Shown one piece after another: positions 1-9,989 of a stretch of DNA of 61,125 nt. Both the position numbers and the translations under genes were made by a program. Source of the DNA: an uncultured Gemmatimonadaceae bacterium (lineage in GTDB: Bacteria > Gemmatimonadota > Gemmatimonadetes > Gemmatimonadales > Gemmatimonadaceae); NCBI GenBank assembly GCA_963829055.1, contig CAWHHI010000007.1, forward strand, positions 1 through 61,125, in the 5' to 3' direction. How positions within the stretch are numbered: position 1 is the first letter of the stretch; each line of letters starts with the position of its first letter. The notes below the pieces were generated by a model. The model was not told the DNA's origin. It did not search any database and saw nothing but the letters and a program-made list of their open reading frames with translations.

Positions 1-28
1 GCATGCCGCTACTCCACGCGCATCGCGG

Positions 29-1534
29 TCATCGGATCGACCCCGGGACGCGCGCCGACCCGGGACCAGGCAGGCCACTGCCGCCACAGCCACCAATACC
101 GCGAGCCCGCCCGCAGAATGCCGATCTCTTCGAGCGTTTCGAACTCACGGCGTGTGGGGTCGCGGCGTTCGACCACGAAGACGATGTCGCGTACTCGCTC
201 TGCAGGGGTCGCACAACGCGTGTCGCGAGGTTCATCGCGAAGAGTTGGTCGCGCCCGCTCGGGTTCGCGTAGAACACGAGCTCGTTGCTACCCGCACGCC
301 AGCTCGGGGCCTGACTGCTCCACGGGTTCGACGTGAGCACGCGTTCGTTGCCGCCGAGTGTGTCGACGAGCACGAGGTCCAGTGGAAGGTGCGGGCGACG
401 GAGTTGAACGTGCCGCGCTGAAACGCGATCTGGCGCCCGTCGGCGATGGTACGGGGACGCCATCGAATCCTCGTCGCGCGACCAGGCGGCGGAGTCGAGC
501 GCCTGTCGTATCCATCGCGTAGAGGTCAACCTCGCCCGTGCCGGCGTAGTCTCGCGGTGACTGAAACACGATCTGTTGGCCGGACGCCAGAAAGGCGGGG
601 TGTGCGTCGCGCCCGGCGCTCCACGTTAGGCGTCGCGCGCCATTCCCCGTGGCCGCCATGGTGTAGATCTCCCAGTCCCCGTCGCGAGAGGACGCGAACA
701 CGATATGACTGCCGTCAGGCGACCATTGCGGCCACGCATTCCCGTAGGCCGAATTTGTAAGGGCGCGCTGGCCGGTGCCATCGGCGTTCATGAGGTAGAG
801 CTCGAAGCGGCCCTGGCGGTTCGAGTAGAACGCGATCTGCTTTCCGTCGGGTGACCACGCGAGCTCGTAGCTCGTACTGTCCGTCGTGAGCGGGCGGACG
901 TCGGTGTCGTCGGCGTTGGCCGAGTAGAGTCGGGCGTTCCCCTCGCGGTCGGAGAAGAACGCAATGCGCCGGCCGTCGGGAGAGTACTTCGCGCCGGCAT
1001 CAGTGCCCGCGTGCTTCGCCAGCGCGCGCTGGTCCGTGCCATCGGCGCGCATCGTCCAGATGTCGCTGTTGCCCTCCCGTGCCGAGCCGAACGATGCACG
1101 TGCCGTCGGGGGCCCGCGAGGCATATCTCGTCGCCACGGGGCGAGTACGTTAGGCGTCGGACGTTGCGGCCGTCGGCGTCCATCACGTAGACCTCGTCAT
1201 CGCCATCGCGGTCGGAGTCGAACAGAATCGTCTGTCCGTCGGGCGACCACTGCGGGTTCGTGTCGTCGCCGTAGCGCGTGGTGGTCAGGTGTCGCTCGCC
1301 TGTGCCGTCGACGTGATGATGTAGAGCGTCGTGTTGCGGTGGCGTGCGCTCTCGAAGACCAGCTGCCGCCCGTTGGGCGACCACGGATGGGTTAATGTCG
1401 AGGAAGACCGGCGCAGCCGCCTGCGCGCCGGCGGTCGCCGACGTGCAAATCGCGAAGACTGAAAAGACTTGCCACGTCGCGAAGCGGACGTGTGGGAGGA
1501 ATGGTCCGTCGGACATGCGGGCGAATCTAGGCAC
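29..1534 (-). CDS. TolB-like PD40-repeat beta-propeller protein (frameshifted; 3' end uncertain)
   Basis: Overlapping ORFs 788-1534, 288-1124 and 29-529 carry repeated PxWSPDG..I.F.S.R.G..EIY.M.ADG motifs; N-terminal signal-like segment. Confidence 0.85.
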
Positions 1535-1590
1535 CGCATCCGACGGGAGAATTGCACCTGCGGTTTCCGGACGACTCGCGGACGATCCGC

Positions 1591-2095
1591 TGTCATCCCG
1601 AGCGTCAGCGCATTGTCATCCCGAGCGTCAGCGCATTGTCATCCCGAGCGTCAGCGGAGCGTCAGCGAGGGATCTTCCCGAACGTTATCGTGGCCGGACC
1701 GGCTGCGAGTGATCGCAGGAAACTCCTGAGAAAAAGGCAAACGGCAACGGAGACAGGATTGCCAGGATTGGCAGGATGAACGCGACGTCTGAGGGGCGGG
1801 CGCCATCCGCTTGATGGGCAATCCTGTCAATCCTGCAATCCTGTCGGTTGGTTTTTGCAGTTGTCGTCGCGAGTGCTAGCGAGGGACTCGAAATTCAGGC
1901 TGGCTGGTACTACGCAACGCAGAGGGCTCAGAGCGCGCAGACCACGCAGAAAACAGCGATGGCAATTTTAGTTCATTTCGTTTCTGCGTCGTTCTGAGCA
2001 TTCAGAGCGCTCTGCGTTCCGCCGTTCCGAGTCGCGGAGCTCCAACTGGCTACGATGACCTCACAGCAGGTCCCTCGCTGACGCTCGGGATGACA
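1591..2095. repeat. Mosaic REP-like region: outer GTCATCCCGAGCG inverted pair enclosing CAGGAT-type and CGCAGA-type inverted pairs
   Basis: 23-bp unit TGTCATCCCGAGCGTCAGCGCAT x3 at 1591-1675, inverted partner at 2068-2095; CAGGAT x3 (1754-1777) vs ATCCTG x3 (1821-1843); CGCAGA-like x4 (1918-1950) vs TCTGCG-like x4 (1983-2016). Confidence 0.85.
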
Positions 2096-2105
2096 CAGTC
2101 CGCGA

Positions 2106-2591
2106 CTAGCGCCGCACGTAGCTGCCCACCACCTGACGCAGCGCGATCGCAATGCGGTTCCACCCGTTGATCGTGACCACGACCATCGTGAGGTTCACGA
2201 TTTCCACGTCGGTGAAATGCTGACGCACTTCCTCGAACACCTCGTCAGGCACGTGCGCGCGACCGAGCTCGTTCACAGCGTCGGTCCAGGCGAGCGCCGC
2301 GCGTTCGCGCGGTGTGAAAAACGGAGTCTCCCGCCACACGGGCACCGCGTACAGCCGTTGCTCCGTTTCGCCCTCGGCGCGCGCGTCCTTCGTGTGCATG
2401 TCCACGCAGTACGCGCACCCGTTGATGTACGAGGCGCGAAGCTTCATCAGGTGAATCAGCGAATGCTCGAGCCCCGAGTTGCGGATGTAGGTCTCGAGCC
2501 CGAGCTGCGCGTGTACCGCGCCAGGCGCTACCTTCGCGTAATCGATCCGCGGGCCGGATGCGGCCGCTACGTCATTGATCATTGTGGTCAT
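2106..2591 (-). CDS. Carboxymuconolactone decarboxylase/AhpD-family protein
   Basis: RASYINGCAYCVDMHTKDAR (CxxC-H) and NGWNRI motifs; divergent from an ECF41 sigma. Confidence 0.92.
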   Translation of the reverse strand: MTTMINDVAAASGPRIDYAKVAPGAVHAQLGLETYIRNSGLEHSLIHLMKLRASYINGCAYCVDMHTKDARAEGETEQRLYAVPVWRETPFFTPRERAALAWTDAVNELGRAHVPDEVFEEVRQHFTDVEIVNLTMVVVTINGWNRIAIALRQVVGSYVRR

Positions 2592-2642
2592 TGTCGTCTG
2601 GTTGGTGTCGTATGGAAATATCACGATCGTCTCACAGTCGAA

Positions 2643-2668
2643 GACGCGGACCCGTAGTTGCTGTGACA
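2643..2668 (-). promoter_or_regulatory. ECF41-type promoter driving the CMD gene
   Basis: Minus strand TGTCACA-N15-CGTC, matching the known ECF41 -35/-10 elements. Confidence 0.7.
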
Positions 2669-2701
2669 GCTCAGCTCCGATGCGAGAGAACTCTGGCTGG
2701 C

Positions 2702-2727
2702 TGTCACAACGCGTTGACTGTGCCGTC
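2702..2727 (+). promoter_or_regulatory. ECF41-type promoter driving the sigma gene (probably leaderless)
   Basis: TGTCACA-N15-CGTC ending 9 nt before ATG 2737. Confidence 0.7.
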
Positions 2728-2736
2728 TACTGTGTG

Positions 2737-3621
2737 ATGACCATGTTCAGCGACGACCTTTCCCCGGCAGACGACGCCGAGCACTACCGCACTCGGCTCT
2801 TCGGCATCGCGTATCGGATGCTGGGCGACGTGCAGGAAGCCGAAGACCTCGTGCAGGAAACCTTCCTGCGCTGGCACCAGGCGAAGCACGACGACATCGT
2901 CTCGGCCGAAGGGTGGCTCGTGGCCGTGATCACGCGCTTGTCGATCGACCGGCTGCGTCGCGCCGAGACCGAGCGGCTGCGCTACGTAGGCAACTGGTTG
3001 CCGGAGCCGATCGCGACGGCGGACGTTCTGCCCGACCACAGAGTCGAGCTCGCATCGGACCTCTCGATGGCGTTTCTTGTCCTGCTCGAGCGATTGGGTC
3101 CCGAGGAGAGGGCCGCGTTTCTCTTGCGAGAAGTGTTCGACGCCGGCTACGACGAGATCGCGCGCATCCTCGACAAGAGCGAGCCAGCCGTTAGGCAGAC
3201 CGTGCATCGCGCGAAGATGCGCGTACGGGAAGGGCGTCCCCGGGTCGCGGCACCAGCACCAGTCGAGAAGCAGGAAGCGCTGCTGCACCGCTTCCTGGAC
3301 GCGCTCGCGACCGATGACAAGGACGCCATGCTCGCGATGTTCGCGCCTGACGCGACGTTCATGAGCGACGGCGGCGGAAAGATTCCGGCCACCAGGCGGA
3401 CGCTCGAAGGGCCCGATCGGATCACCCGCTTCTTCTTCGGGCTGGAGCGAAAATACCCCGGCGCACTGACTCATCAGGTCATCGAGCTCAATGGCCAGCC
3501 GGCGATCGGGAGCTACCGCGACGGGGTGCTGCAGATGACGACATCGTTCGAGACCGATGGCGACCGCATTCTCGCGATTTATCGCGTACTCAATCCCGAC
3601 AAGCTCGCGCACTTGCGGTAA
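2737..3621 (+). CDS. sigJ: ECF41/SigJ-family RNA polymerase sigma factor with C-terminal SnoaL-like domain
   Basis: LFGIAYRMLG..EAEDLVQE, YVGNWLPEP, DGGGK and NPDKL motifs. Confidence 0.93.
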   Translation: MTMFSDDLSPADDAEHYRTRLFGIAYRMLGDVQEAEDLVQETFLRWHQAKHDDIVSAEGWLVAVITRLSIDRLRRAETERLRYVGNWLPEPIATADVLPDHRVELASDLSMAFLVLLERLGPEERAAFLLREVFDAGYDEIARILDKSEPAVRQTVHRAKMRVREGRPRVAAPAPVEKQEALLHRFLDALATDDKDAMLAMFAPDATFMSDGGGKIPATRRTLEGPDRITRFFFGLERKYPGALTHQVIELNGQPAIGSYRDGVLQMTTSFETDGDRILAIYRVLNPDKLAHLR

Positions 3622-3681
3622 CGCTCGCAATTTCGGCGGTTCGAGCACCACGACCGCTGCGCGCGACGTGACGGCGGCGCG

Positions 3682-6318
3682 CTAGTCCGCGCGAAGCGTC
3701 GTCACGGGATCGACACGAGCCGCGCGCCACGCCGGTACGGCGCACGCGACGACGGCCGTCGCCGCCAGTAGCGCGACGACGCCCAAGTACGTCACCGGGT
3801 CGAGACGCGACACGCCGAACAGCAGCGTGACGAGCGCCTGCGTTGCGACCATCGCCGCAGCGAGTCCCAAGACAACACCGTAGGCCGTCAACCGGAGTCC
3901 CTGGCGCAGCACCAGCGAGACGATATCGCGGTGGGTCGCGCCTAACGCGGCGCGCACACCCATCTCACGCGTCCGTTCGACCACGCTGCCGGAAAGCACA
4001 CCGTAGATGCCGGCCGCGGCGAGCACCAGCGCGGCGAGCGCGAAGGCCTCGAACAGCGTGACGGCGAAGCGGCGACTCGCGGCCGACGAGGCGAGCAGTG
4101 CGTCCATCGTCGCCACGCGAACGATGGGTTGATCCTTGTCGACCGACCAGATCGCTTCACGAATCGTCGGGGCGAGCGCCGCCGCGTCGCCTCGAGCACG
4201 GACGACGAGTGACATGACGTTGTCCGTGTAGTGCCACTGCGCCATCGTCGTGTAGACGGCATCCGATTCGCTCAGCGCGAGCGATTCCTGTTTTACGTCG
4301 GCGACGACACCAACCACCGTGTAGAGTGGTCCGTCGCCAATATCCAGGCGCTGACCAATGGGATCTATGCCGGGCAGACGACGCTTCACCATGGACTCGC
4401 TGATCACCGCGACCAGCGGCGCACCCGCGCGGTCTCCCTCCTCGAGCGACCGGCCTCGACGCACGGGAATCCGCATGGTCTCGAAGTACCCGGGCGTTAC
4501 TCCGTAGCGGAATGAACCCCGAACTTCGCCGGGATCGTTGGCCACAGCCGGCTTGAAGTGTACCCCGTACAATTCAACGTCGCCGCTGAGCGGCAACTGG
4601 CTCGTGAGGGCCGCACTCTGCACGCCCGGCACTCGACGCACGGCATCGAGCGCCTGCTCGAAGAATCGATACGTGGCGCCATCAGCGTCGAAGCGATGGC
4701 CGACGGCCGCGACCTGCATGGTGAGTAGCCCCGACGCGTCGAACCCGGAACGCACACCGAACAGTCGCTCGATACTCCGAAGTAACAGCCCGGAGCTCAC
4801 CAGTAGCAGCAGCGCGAGCGCCACCTCGGCGACGACGAGCGCGCCACGAGTGCGTCGGAGTCCACCGGTCGTCCTGCGCGAGGCGCGTTGGAGATCTTCG
4901 CTGGGGTCACCGCGTACCGCCTGGATCGCCGGGATCGTTCCGAATGCGACGCCGATGAGGGTAGTGACCGCGAGTCCGAACGCGAACGCCTTGACGTCTA
5001 CACTGATAGCCGCGACGCGGGGTAGCTCGGGCGGGCCCAGCCTAACGATGGCGCCGACCCCACCTGTGGCCACCGCCATCCCGATAGCACCGCCAGCCGT
5101 AGCGATGAGGAGGCTCTCAGTCAACAGTTGTCGCACCAGTCGGGCACGGCTCGCCCCGAGCGCGGTGCGGACGGCGAACTCGCCGCGACGCTCCGCACCG
5201 CGGGCGAGCAGCAGATTGGTCACGTTCACGCACACGATCAGGAGCACGAGCGTAACGGCGCCGAGTATCGCCAGGAGTGCCGGCCTGACGCCGCGCGTGA
5301 GGTCCTCCTGCAGTGCGCTGATGACGAGGCCGTCTTCCAGTGCCGCCCAGGGCTGTCGTGGGAACTCGGCGACAGGGTTTCGCGCGACGGCATTGACCTC
5401 GCGGGCGGCATCCTCCATGCGCATGCCGGGGCGAATGCGTGCCACCATTCGGAGGTGATGGCCCCAGGCGCGATCCTCCGACATGTCGTAGTCGAGCGGC
5501 GTCCAGATCTGGGCCGACGGCGCGATGGCGCTGACGAACGTCTTCGGCATCACGCCGATCACGACGAACGGATCGCCGTTGAGCACTATCGAGCGGCCAA
5601 TGAGCGCCGGGTCACCGCCGAAGCGGCGCTCCCAGAGCGCGTTGCTCACGATGACGACGTTAGGCGCGCCCGCCCGGTCCTCGGAGCGGAGGAAGTCGCG
5701 GCCGAGCATGGGCCTGACGCCAAATGCGCGGAAGTAGCTGGCGCTCACACGTTGGCCGTCGAGTCGCTCCGGCTCGGCCGGGCCGGTCATCGTGGGCTGC
5801 CACGCTTTCATGGCCGCCATCGCCTCGAACGACCGTGTGCGCGCTTCGATCTCGCGGAGCGTGCCGAATGTGACGTCGAGCCGCGAGCCGTCAATGCCGT
5901 AATCCCAGACTGTCGCAATCCGATCAGCATCGGGATACGGAAGCGGCCGGAACAGGATCGAGTCGACGGCGCTCCAAATGGCGGTCGTCGCGCCGATGCC
6001 TAACGCCAATGTGAGGACGGCGATTGTCGTGAATCCTGGTGTCGCCCGCAGGCGCCGGACGGCGTAGCGCATGTCGGCAACCGCAGCGTCGACCGCATTC
6101 TCCCAGCCGTAGCCGCGCACCTGTTCGCGCACGACGGTGATGCCACCGACCTCGAGTCGCGCCGCGCGCCGGGCCTCGGCTTCCGACAGCCCGCGCGCCA
6201 GGTGTGCGGCGGTCGCCTGATCGAGGTAGTGCTGCACTTCATCGGAGATCTCGGCGTCCGTCGTCGAGCGATCGAAGAGGGACCGGACGCCGCGGGACAG
6301 TTGTCGCCAGGGGTTCAT
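3682..6318 (-). CDS. ADOP-family duplicated ABC permease (MacB_PCD/FtsX x2)
   Basis: Intact 878 aa; TLALGIGATTAI, NVTNLLLARG..R..E..VR.ALGASR, C-terminal VPAWRAARVDP. Confidence 0.93.
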   Translation of the reverse strand: MNPWRQLSRGVRSLFDRSTTDAEISDEVQHYLDQATAAHLARGLSEAEARRAARLEVGGITVVREQVRGYGWENAVDAAVADMRYAVRRLRATPGFTTIAVLTLALGIGATTAIWSAVDSILFRPLPYPDADRIATVWDYGIDGSRLDVTFGTLREIEARTRSFEAMAAMKAWQPTMTGPAEPERLDGQRVSASYFRAFGVRPMLGRDFLRSEDRAGAPNVVIVSNALWERRFGGDPALIGRSIVLNGDPFVVIGVMPKTFVSAIAPSAQIWTPLDYDMSEDRAWGHHLRMVARIRPGMRMEDAAREVNAVARNPVAEFPRQPWAALEDGLVISALQEDLTRGVRPALLAILGAVTLVLLIVCVNVTNLLLARGAERRGEFAVRTALGASRARLVRQLLTESLLIATAGGAIGMAVATGGVGAIVRLGPPELPRVAAISVDVKAFAFGLAVTTLIGVAFGTIPAIQAVRGDPSEDLQRASRRTTGGLRRTRGALVVAEVALALLLLVSSGLLLRSIERLFGVRSGFDASGLLTMQVAAVGHRFDADGATYRFFEQALDAVRRVPGVQSAALTSQLPLSGDVELYGVHFKPAVANDPGEVRGSFRYGVTPGYFETMRIPVRRGRSLEEGDRAGAPLVAVISESMVKRRLPGIDPIGQRLDIGDGPLYTVVGVVADVKQESLALSESDAVYTTMAQWHYTDNVMSLVVRARGDAAALAPTIREAIWSVDKDQPIVRVATMDALLASSAASRRFAVTLFEAFALAALVLAAAGIYGVLSGSVVERTREMGVRAALGATHRDIVSLVLRQGLRLTAYGVVLGLAAAMVATQALVTLLFGVSRLDPVTYLGVVALLAATAVVACAVPAWRAARVDPVTTLRAD

Positions 6319-6321
6319 CGG

Positions 6322-6657
6322 TCAGCCCTCGGCTTTGAGGAGGCGCGCCACGGCGGATACGCGGCGATTCCAGTCGGCGGTCTCGGCCTCGAGCTGCTTC
6401 CGGCCGGTGCGGGTGAGGCTGTAGTACTTCGCGCGTCGCGCGTTCTCGGTCTGCCGCCACTCGGAGTCGAGCCAGCCGGCGCGCTCGAGGCGCTGCAGGG
6501 CGGTGAGCAGGGAACCGGGGTTGACCTTGAACACGTCGCGCGAGATCTGCTCGATACGGCGCGCGATGCCGAAGCCGTGCAGCGGCTGGAGGCTGAGCGT
6601 CTTGAGGATCAGCATGTCCAGCGTGCCCTGAATGACGTCGGTGTTGTTCTCGTCCAC
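6322..6657 (-). CDS. PadR-family regulator (acidobacterial type)
   Basis: QGTLDMLILKTL..LHGFGIARRI..GSLLTALQRLE..RRAKYYSLT; GTG start chosen because ATG 6696 lies inside the -10 box. Confidence 0.93.
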   Translation of the reverse strand: MDENNTDVIQGTLDMLILKTLSLQPLHGFGIARRIEQISRDVFKVNPGSLLTALQRLERAGWLDSEWRQTENARRAKYYSLTRTGRKQLEAETADWNRRVSAVARLLKAEG

Positions 6658-6691
6658 ACTTCGCTCCGGAGTCGGTGTGTCGGCTCCGTCG

Positions 6692-6723
6692 AGCATAGCG
6701 GTTCTACATCTTGATTGTCAAGA
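6692..6723 (-). promoter_or_regulatory. Sigma70 promoter of padR-ADOP with overlapping palindromic operator
   Basis: Minus strand TTGACA(6721-6716)-N18-TATGCT(6697-6692); palindrome TCTTGA-N3-TCAAGA at 6709-6723. Confidence 0.75.
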
Positions 6724-6756
6724 GGTGACAGGCGAGCTGCACCGGCAACCGCAAGT

Positions 6757-6996
6757 CACCGCGGAGGACTGCTTCGGCAGCCATCCAGAACGAAGGTGTT
6801 TTGAGAAGAAGCCGGAAACAACTGAAAGGGCCCGATCCGATCGCGACCGGGACGGTCCATCGCGCGAGCGGCTCGTTGCCGTAGCGTCCCTCACGTTCGA
6901 GGAGTCAATCCGCCAGATCAGCCGAATCCGTTCGCGTCAATCGTCTGAGATGGTCGCCGAAGCAGTCCTTGGCGTCCTCCGCGTCCTCCGCGGTGA
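6757..6996. repeat. Nested inverted-repeat (REP-like) element
   Basis: CACCGCGGAGGACTGCTTCGGC..CCATC vs GATGG..GCCGAAGCAGTCC..CTCCGCGGTG; 9-bp periodic ATCCG/ATCAG units at 6908, 6917, 6926. Confidence 0.7.
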
Positions 6997-7036
6997 TTGC
7001 TATGGTAAGTTGCGGTTTCCGTTGTGATGGAGCAGC

Positions 7037-7786
7037 TCAGGCCACGATGTCGTCGAATGACTCGATGATCTTCTCGTCCTCGCGCGCGGGCTCCGGATTT
7101 CCCGGACGCACGCACAGCAATGCCTGAAAGCCAGCCGCCCGCGCTGCCGATAGCTCGGCGTGCACGTCCGAGAGGAAGAGCAGCTCGTTAGGCTGGTGGT
7201 GCAGCTCCGACGCAATGTGGCGGTAGCTGTCTGCCGCACGCTTCGGGCCGATGGTGGCGTCGAAAAACTGACTGATGCGTGGCGTCAGGTCGCCCGCCGG
7301 CGTGTGGCCGAAGATGAGCCGCTGCGCGAGCACGCTGCCTGACGAGTAGATCGCGACGTCGATCGATGATGATCGCCAGCGCTCCAGCGCCGGTGCGACG
7401 TCCGGGAACAGCTCGCCACGCAGGCTGCCGTCGGCGAACCCGCGCTGCCAGATCATGCCCTGAAGCAGTTTGAGCCCGGTCGATTTGCGGTCGCGGTCCA
7501 TGAGCCAGAGCACGTACGGCTCGAGGTCCGCCGCATTCCCGCTGCTCATGTCCGCCGGCAGTGGGGGAGGGGAATTACCGCGCGCCACATCGGCGGCGTG
7601 CTCCTCACGGAGCTGGCTGTCTACCTCGGCCAGCAGCCCCGACGGGGCACGGGTCGACAGGAACTCGCGCAGGTGCGTGCGCGCGTACGGAAACAGCACG
7701 TTGTACACGAACGCGATGGGCGTCGTGGTGCCTTCGATGTCCAGCACCACACCTCGGACGCCGAGCGAACCTAACGTGACCGTCAC
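7037..7786 (-). CDS. mtnC: Enolase-phosphatase E1 / acireductone synthase
   Basis: LDIEGTTTPIAFV..LFPYAR, DRKSTGLKLLQG, YSSGSVLAQ, LFLSD motifs. Confidence 0.95.
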   Translation of the reverse strand: MTVTLGSLGVRGVVLDIEGTTTPIAFVYNVLFPYARTHLREFLSTRAPSGLLAEVDSQLREEHAADVARGNSPPPLPADMSSGNAADLEPYVLWLMDRDRKSTGLKLLQGMIWQRGFADGSLRGELFPDVAPALERWRSSSIDVAIYSSGSVLAQRLIFGHTPAGDLTPRISQFFDATIGPKRAADSYRHIASELHHQPNELLFLSDVHAELSAARAAGFQALLCVRPGNPEPAREDEKIIESFDDIVA

Positions 7787-8361
7787 ACGCGGAGACCCGG
7801 CGTGACGCGGGCCGGCGGAATGTACGACGGGCCGAAGCAGAGCGGCTGGTACTTCGCGTCCTCGCCGCTCTCGGTGTAGTGCGGGGTCCAGCCGGACATA
7901 TCCTGGAACAATCGAATCGCACGGATTCGCCGGTCGCCGCAGAGATCGAACCAGTGGTGCGTCCCGCGCGGCACGCGGATGAGATCTCCCGGCTCGACCT
8001 CGAGCGCGAACACCGGCTTACCCGGGGAATGGATGTGAAAGATTCCGCGTCCTTCGACGATCAGCCGCACCTCGTCCTCGTCGTGCCAGTGCTCGCTGGA
8101 GAATCGCTTGAGCATCGCATCGAGGTTCGGCGTGTCGGGCTTCACGTCGATGACATCGGCAATGACGTAGCCGCCCTGCCGTTTGAGCTCGTCGATTTTC
8201 GGCGTCCACGCCGCGAGGATCTCGTCCGACGTCGACGAGGCCGAGAGCCCGGGCGCTGCGCCCGTCTGCTCGTACTCGATGCCGTGCTCGGCGAGGAAGT
8301 CGCGGACCGCGGATGCGTCCGTCACCGTACGATCTTCGTCAGGAATCTTGAGCAGTGCCAT
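7783..8361 (-). CDS. mtnD: Acireductone dioxygenase
   Basis: EHWHDEDEVR..G.G.F, VPRGTHHWFD, IRAIRLF cupin motifs. Confidence 0.95.
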   Translation of the reverse strand: MALLKIPDEDRTVTDASAVRDFLAEHGIEYEQTGAAPGLSASSTSDEILAAWTPKIDELKRQGGYVIADVIDVKPDTPNLDAMLKRFSSEHWHDEDEVRLIVEGRGIFHIHSPGKPVFALEVEPGDLIRVPRGTHHWFDLCGDRRIRAIRLFQDMSGWTPHYTESGEDAKYQPLCFGPSYIPPARVTPGLRV

Positions 8362-9005
8362 GGTGTCCTCCGCGTGACCTGTACGTCGCCGTTCTCCCGA
8401 TCGTCTCGAACATGAACTCCAGAATCTCGACGTGTCGCACCGCTTCGGCGAGCGACGCGCCCCACGTGTAGAGCCCGTGCCGATGCAGCAGGATCGCGTG
8501 CGCGGTCGGGTGCTGGTCGAGCGTCTCGCCGACGACGCGAGCCAGGCGCGTCATGTCCTGGTCGTTCGCGACGATCGGTACCCACTCACGATGCGCGTGC
8601 GTGCACACGCCGTCGAGTCCCTTGAGCATCTCGTAGCCTTCAATGCCGAGGCCGCCGTCGGGTCCGTGACTGTCGGAGAGGACGGTGCCCCACACCGAGT
8701 GCGTGTGCAGCACCGCGCAGGCCCCGCGTCGGCGCACGATCTCGAGGTGCAGCAGCGTCTCGGCCGACGGGCGTCCGGTGCCCGACACGACGATGCCGTC
8801 CTCGCCGATGTGCAGGATGTGCGACGGCGTCGAGCGCGCCTTTGTCGAGCAAGCTCGCCGTGATCGCCAGCCGGAGCGGGTTTTCCGAGACGACGGCGCT
8901 GAAGTTCCCGCTCGTACCCATCACCCAGCCGCGCGCGTAGAAGCGGCGGCCGACGGCGACGAGGGCGTCGGCGATGGTGGCGGCGGGTTCTGGCACGTTA
9001 GGCAC
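8339..9005 (-). CDS. mtnB: Methylthioribulose-1-phosphate dehydratase (frameshift near 8820)
   Basis: RGWVMGTSGNFS, PSAETLLH, LHTHS, EMLKGL, HGLYTWG..HVEILEF across two frames. Confidence 0.92.
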
Positions 9006-9912
9006 GCGGCGCGTACTGCTGCACGAACGCTTCTATCTCGGCGGGCATCGGACCATCCATCCCATCGGCTCGCGCGGCGATCTGCGTCGCGAACTCGCTG
9101 TATTGGTCGTCGGAAGAGGAACCCAGCTTTGCGTCATCGCGGGCGGCCAGGAACAATCGGACGAGGTCAAGTATGTCGTCCCATGAGCGAGAGTCGGTCT
9201 CGCTCGGCCCTTCCGCGATACGGTCCATGAACGCAATGTGTTCGTACGCTGTCAGCGTCGTGCCCGGCTTTCTCCGAGCAAAGGGCGTCGCGAACGTCAC
9301 CCTGATCTCCCTCCAGCACGACGCGCAGTACCGCGTAGTTCTGCGACCTCTTCGGCCCTTCGTGACCCGCGCGACGGTTCCGAACGCGTGGCATCGTCCG
9401 CACACGCCTTCGGGGTCCAACGCCGGCGGCGTCCCATTCGGATTGGGGGCCCCGAGGACGACCATCGCCGATGGCGGCGCTTCGTACCATGGCTCGGGCA
9501 ACGGAAGACGATCAACGATCTCGCGCAATCGCGTCGCCAGATATTGACGATGATGCTCGGGCGATGGATCCGCCGCAAAGAGCTTCTTCTCCGCATCCGC
9601 TAGCATCTCGACCACATGTCTGAACGGCTCGATGCGGGGGTTCGGGTCGAGGAAGGGGCCGAATAGATAGAACGCCGGCTCGGCGATCTCCGCGCGGGAA
9701 ACCACGCCGTCCCGAATCGCGGCGACGTCCCATTCTTCGGTGAGCACGTCGATGCCTGCCTCGAGCATCTCGACGGTCGGCCACCAGCGTCGCTCGAGGA
9801 CCGCGTCAGGGTCTCGCCCCCTCATCATCACCTTTGAGCCGTGGACGGTTTCAAGATAGCGCGGCACGCCCGAACGGGTGACCCGCTGCACCGACGCGGC
9901 GGTTCGGAGCAT
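8998..9912 (-). CDS. Hypothetical protein with CxxC...CxxC motif
   Basis: 304-aa intact ORF abutting the mtnB start; CGRCH and YCASCW. Confidence 0.6.
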   Translation of the reverse strand: MLRTAASVQRVTRSGVPRYLETVHGSKVMMRGRDPDAVLERRWWPTVEMLEAGIDVLTEEWDVAAIRDGVVSRAEIAEPAFYLFGPFLDPNPRIEPFRHVVEMLADAEKKLFAADPSPEHHRQYLATRLREIVDRLPLPEPWYEAPPSAMVVLGAPNPNGTPPALDPEGVCGRCHAFGTVARVTKGRRGRRTTRYCASCWREIRVTFATPFARRKPGTTLTAYEHIAFMDRIAEGPSETDSRSWDDILDLVRLFLAARDDAKLGSSSDDQYSEFATQIAARADGMDGPMPAEIEAFVQQYAPRA

Positions 9913-9989
9913 ACCGCTGTTGGGCGGCCAGACCGGCGCGTTCCGAACACCACCCTGCTTGCCAACACGTGGGAATGAGACGGCACTGC

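Noticed and set aside
1591..1675. Possible CRISPR array
   Set aside because: The 23-bp units are directly tandem with no spacers, no cas genes are present, and the unit is the arm of a dispersed REP-like family.
2704..3651. Long antisense and alternate-frame ORFs (e.g. 2704-3651, 4538-5458, 20402-21616, 38837-39730)
   Set aside because: These are shadow ORFs expected in high-GC DNA opposite well-supported genes, with Arg/Ala/Pro-rich composition and no motifs.
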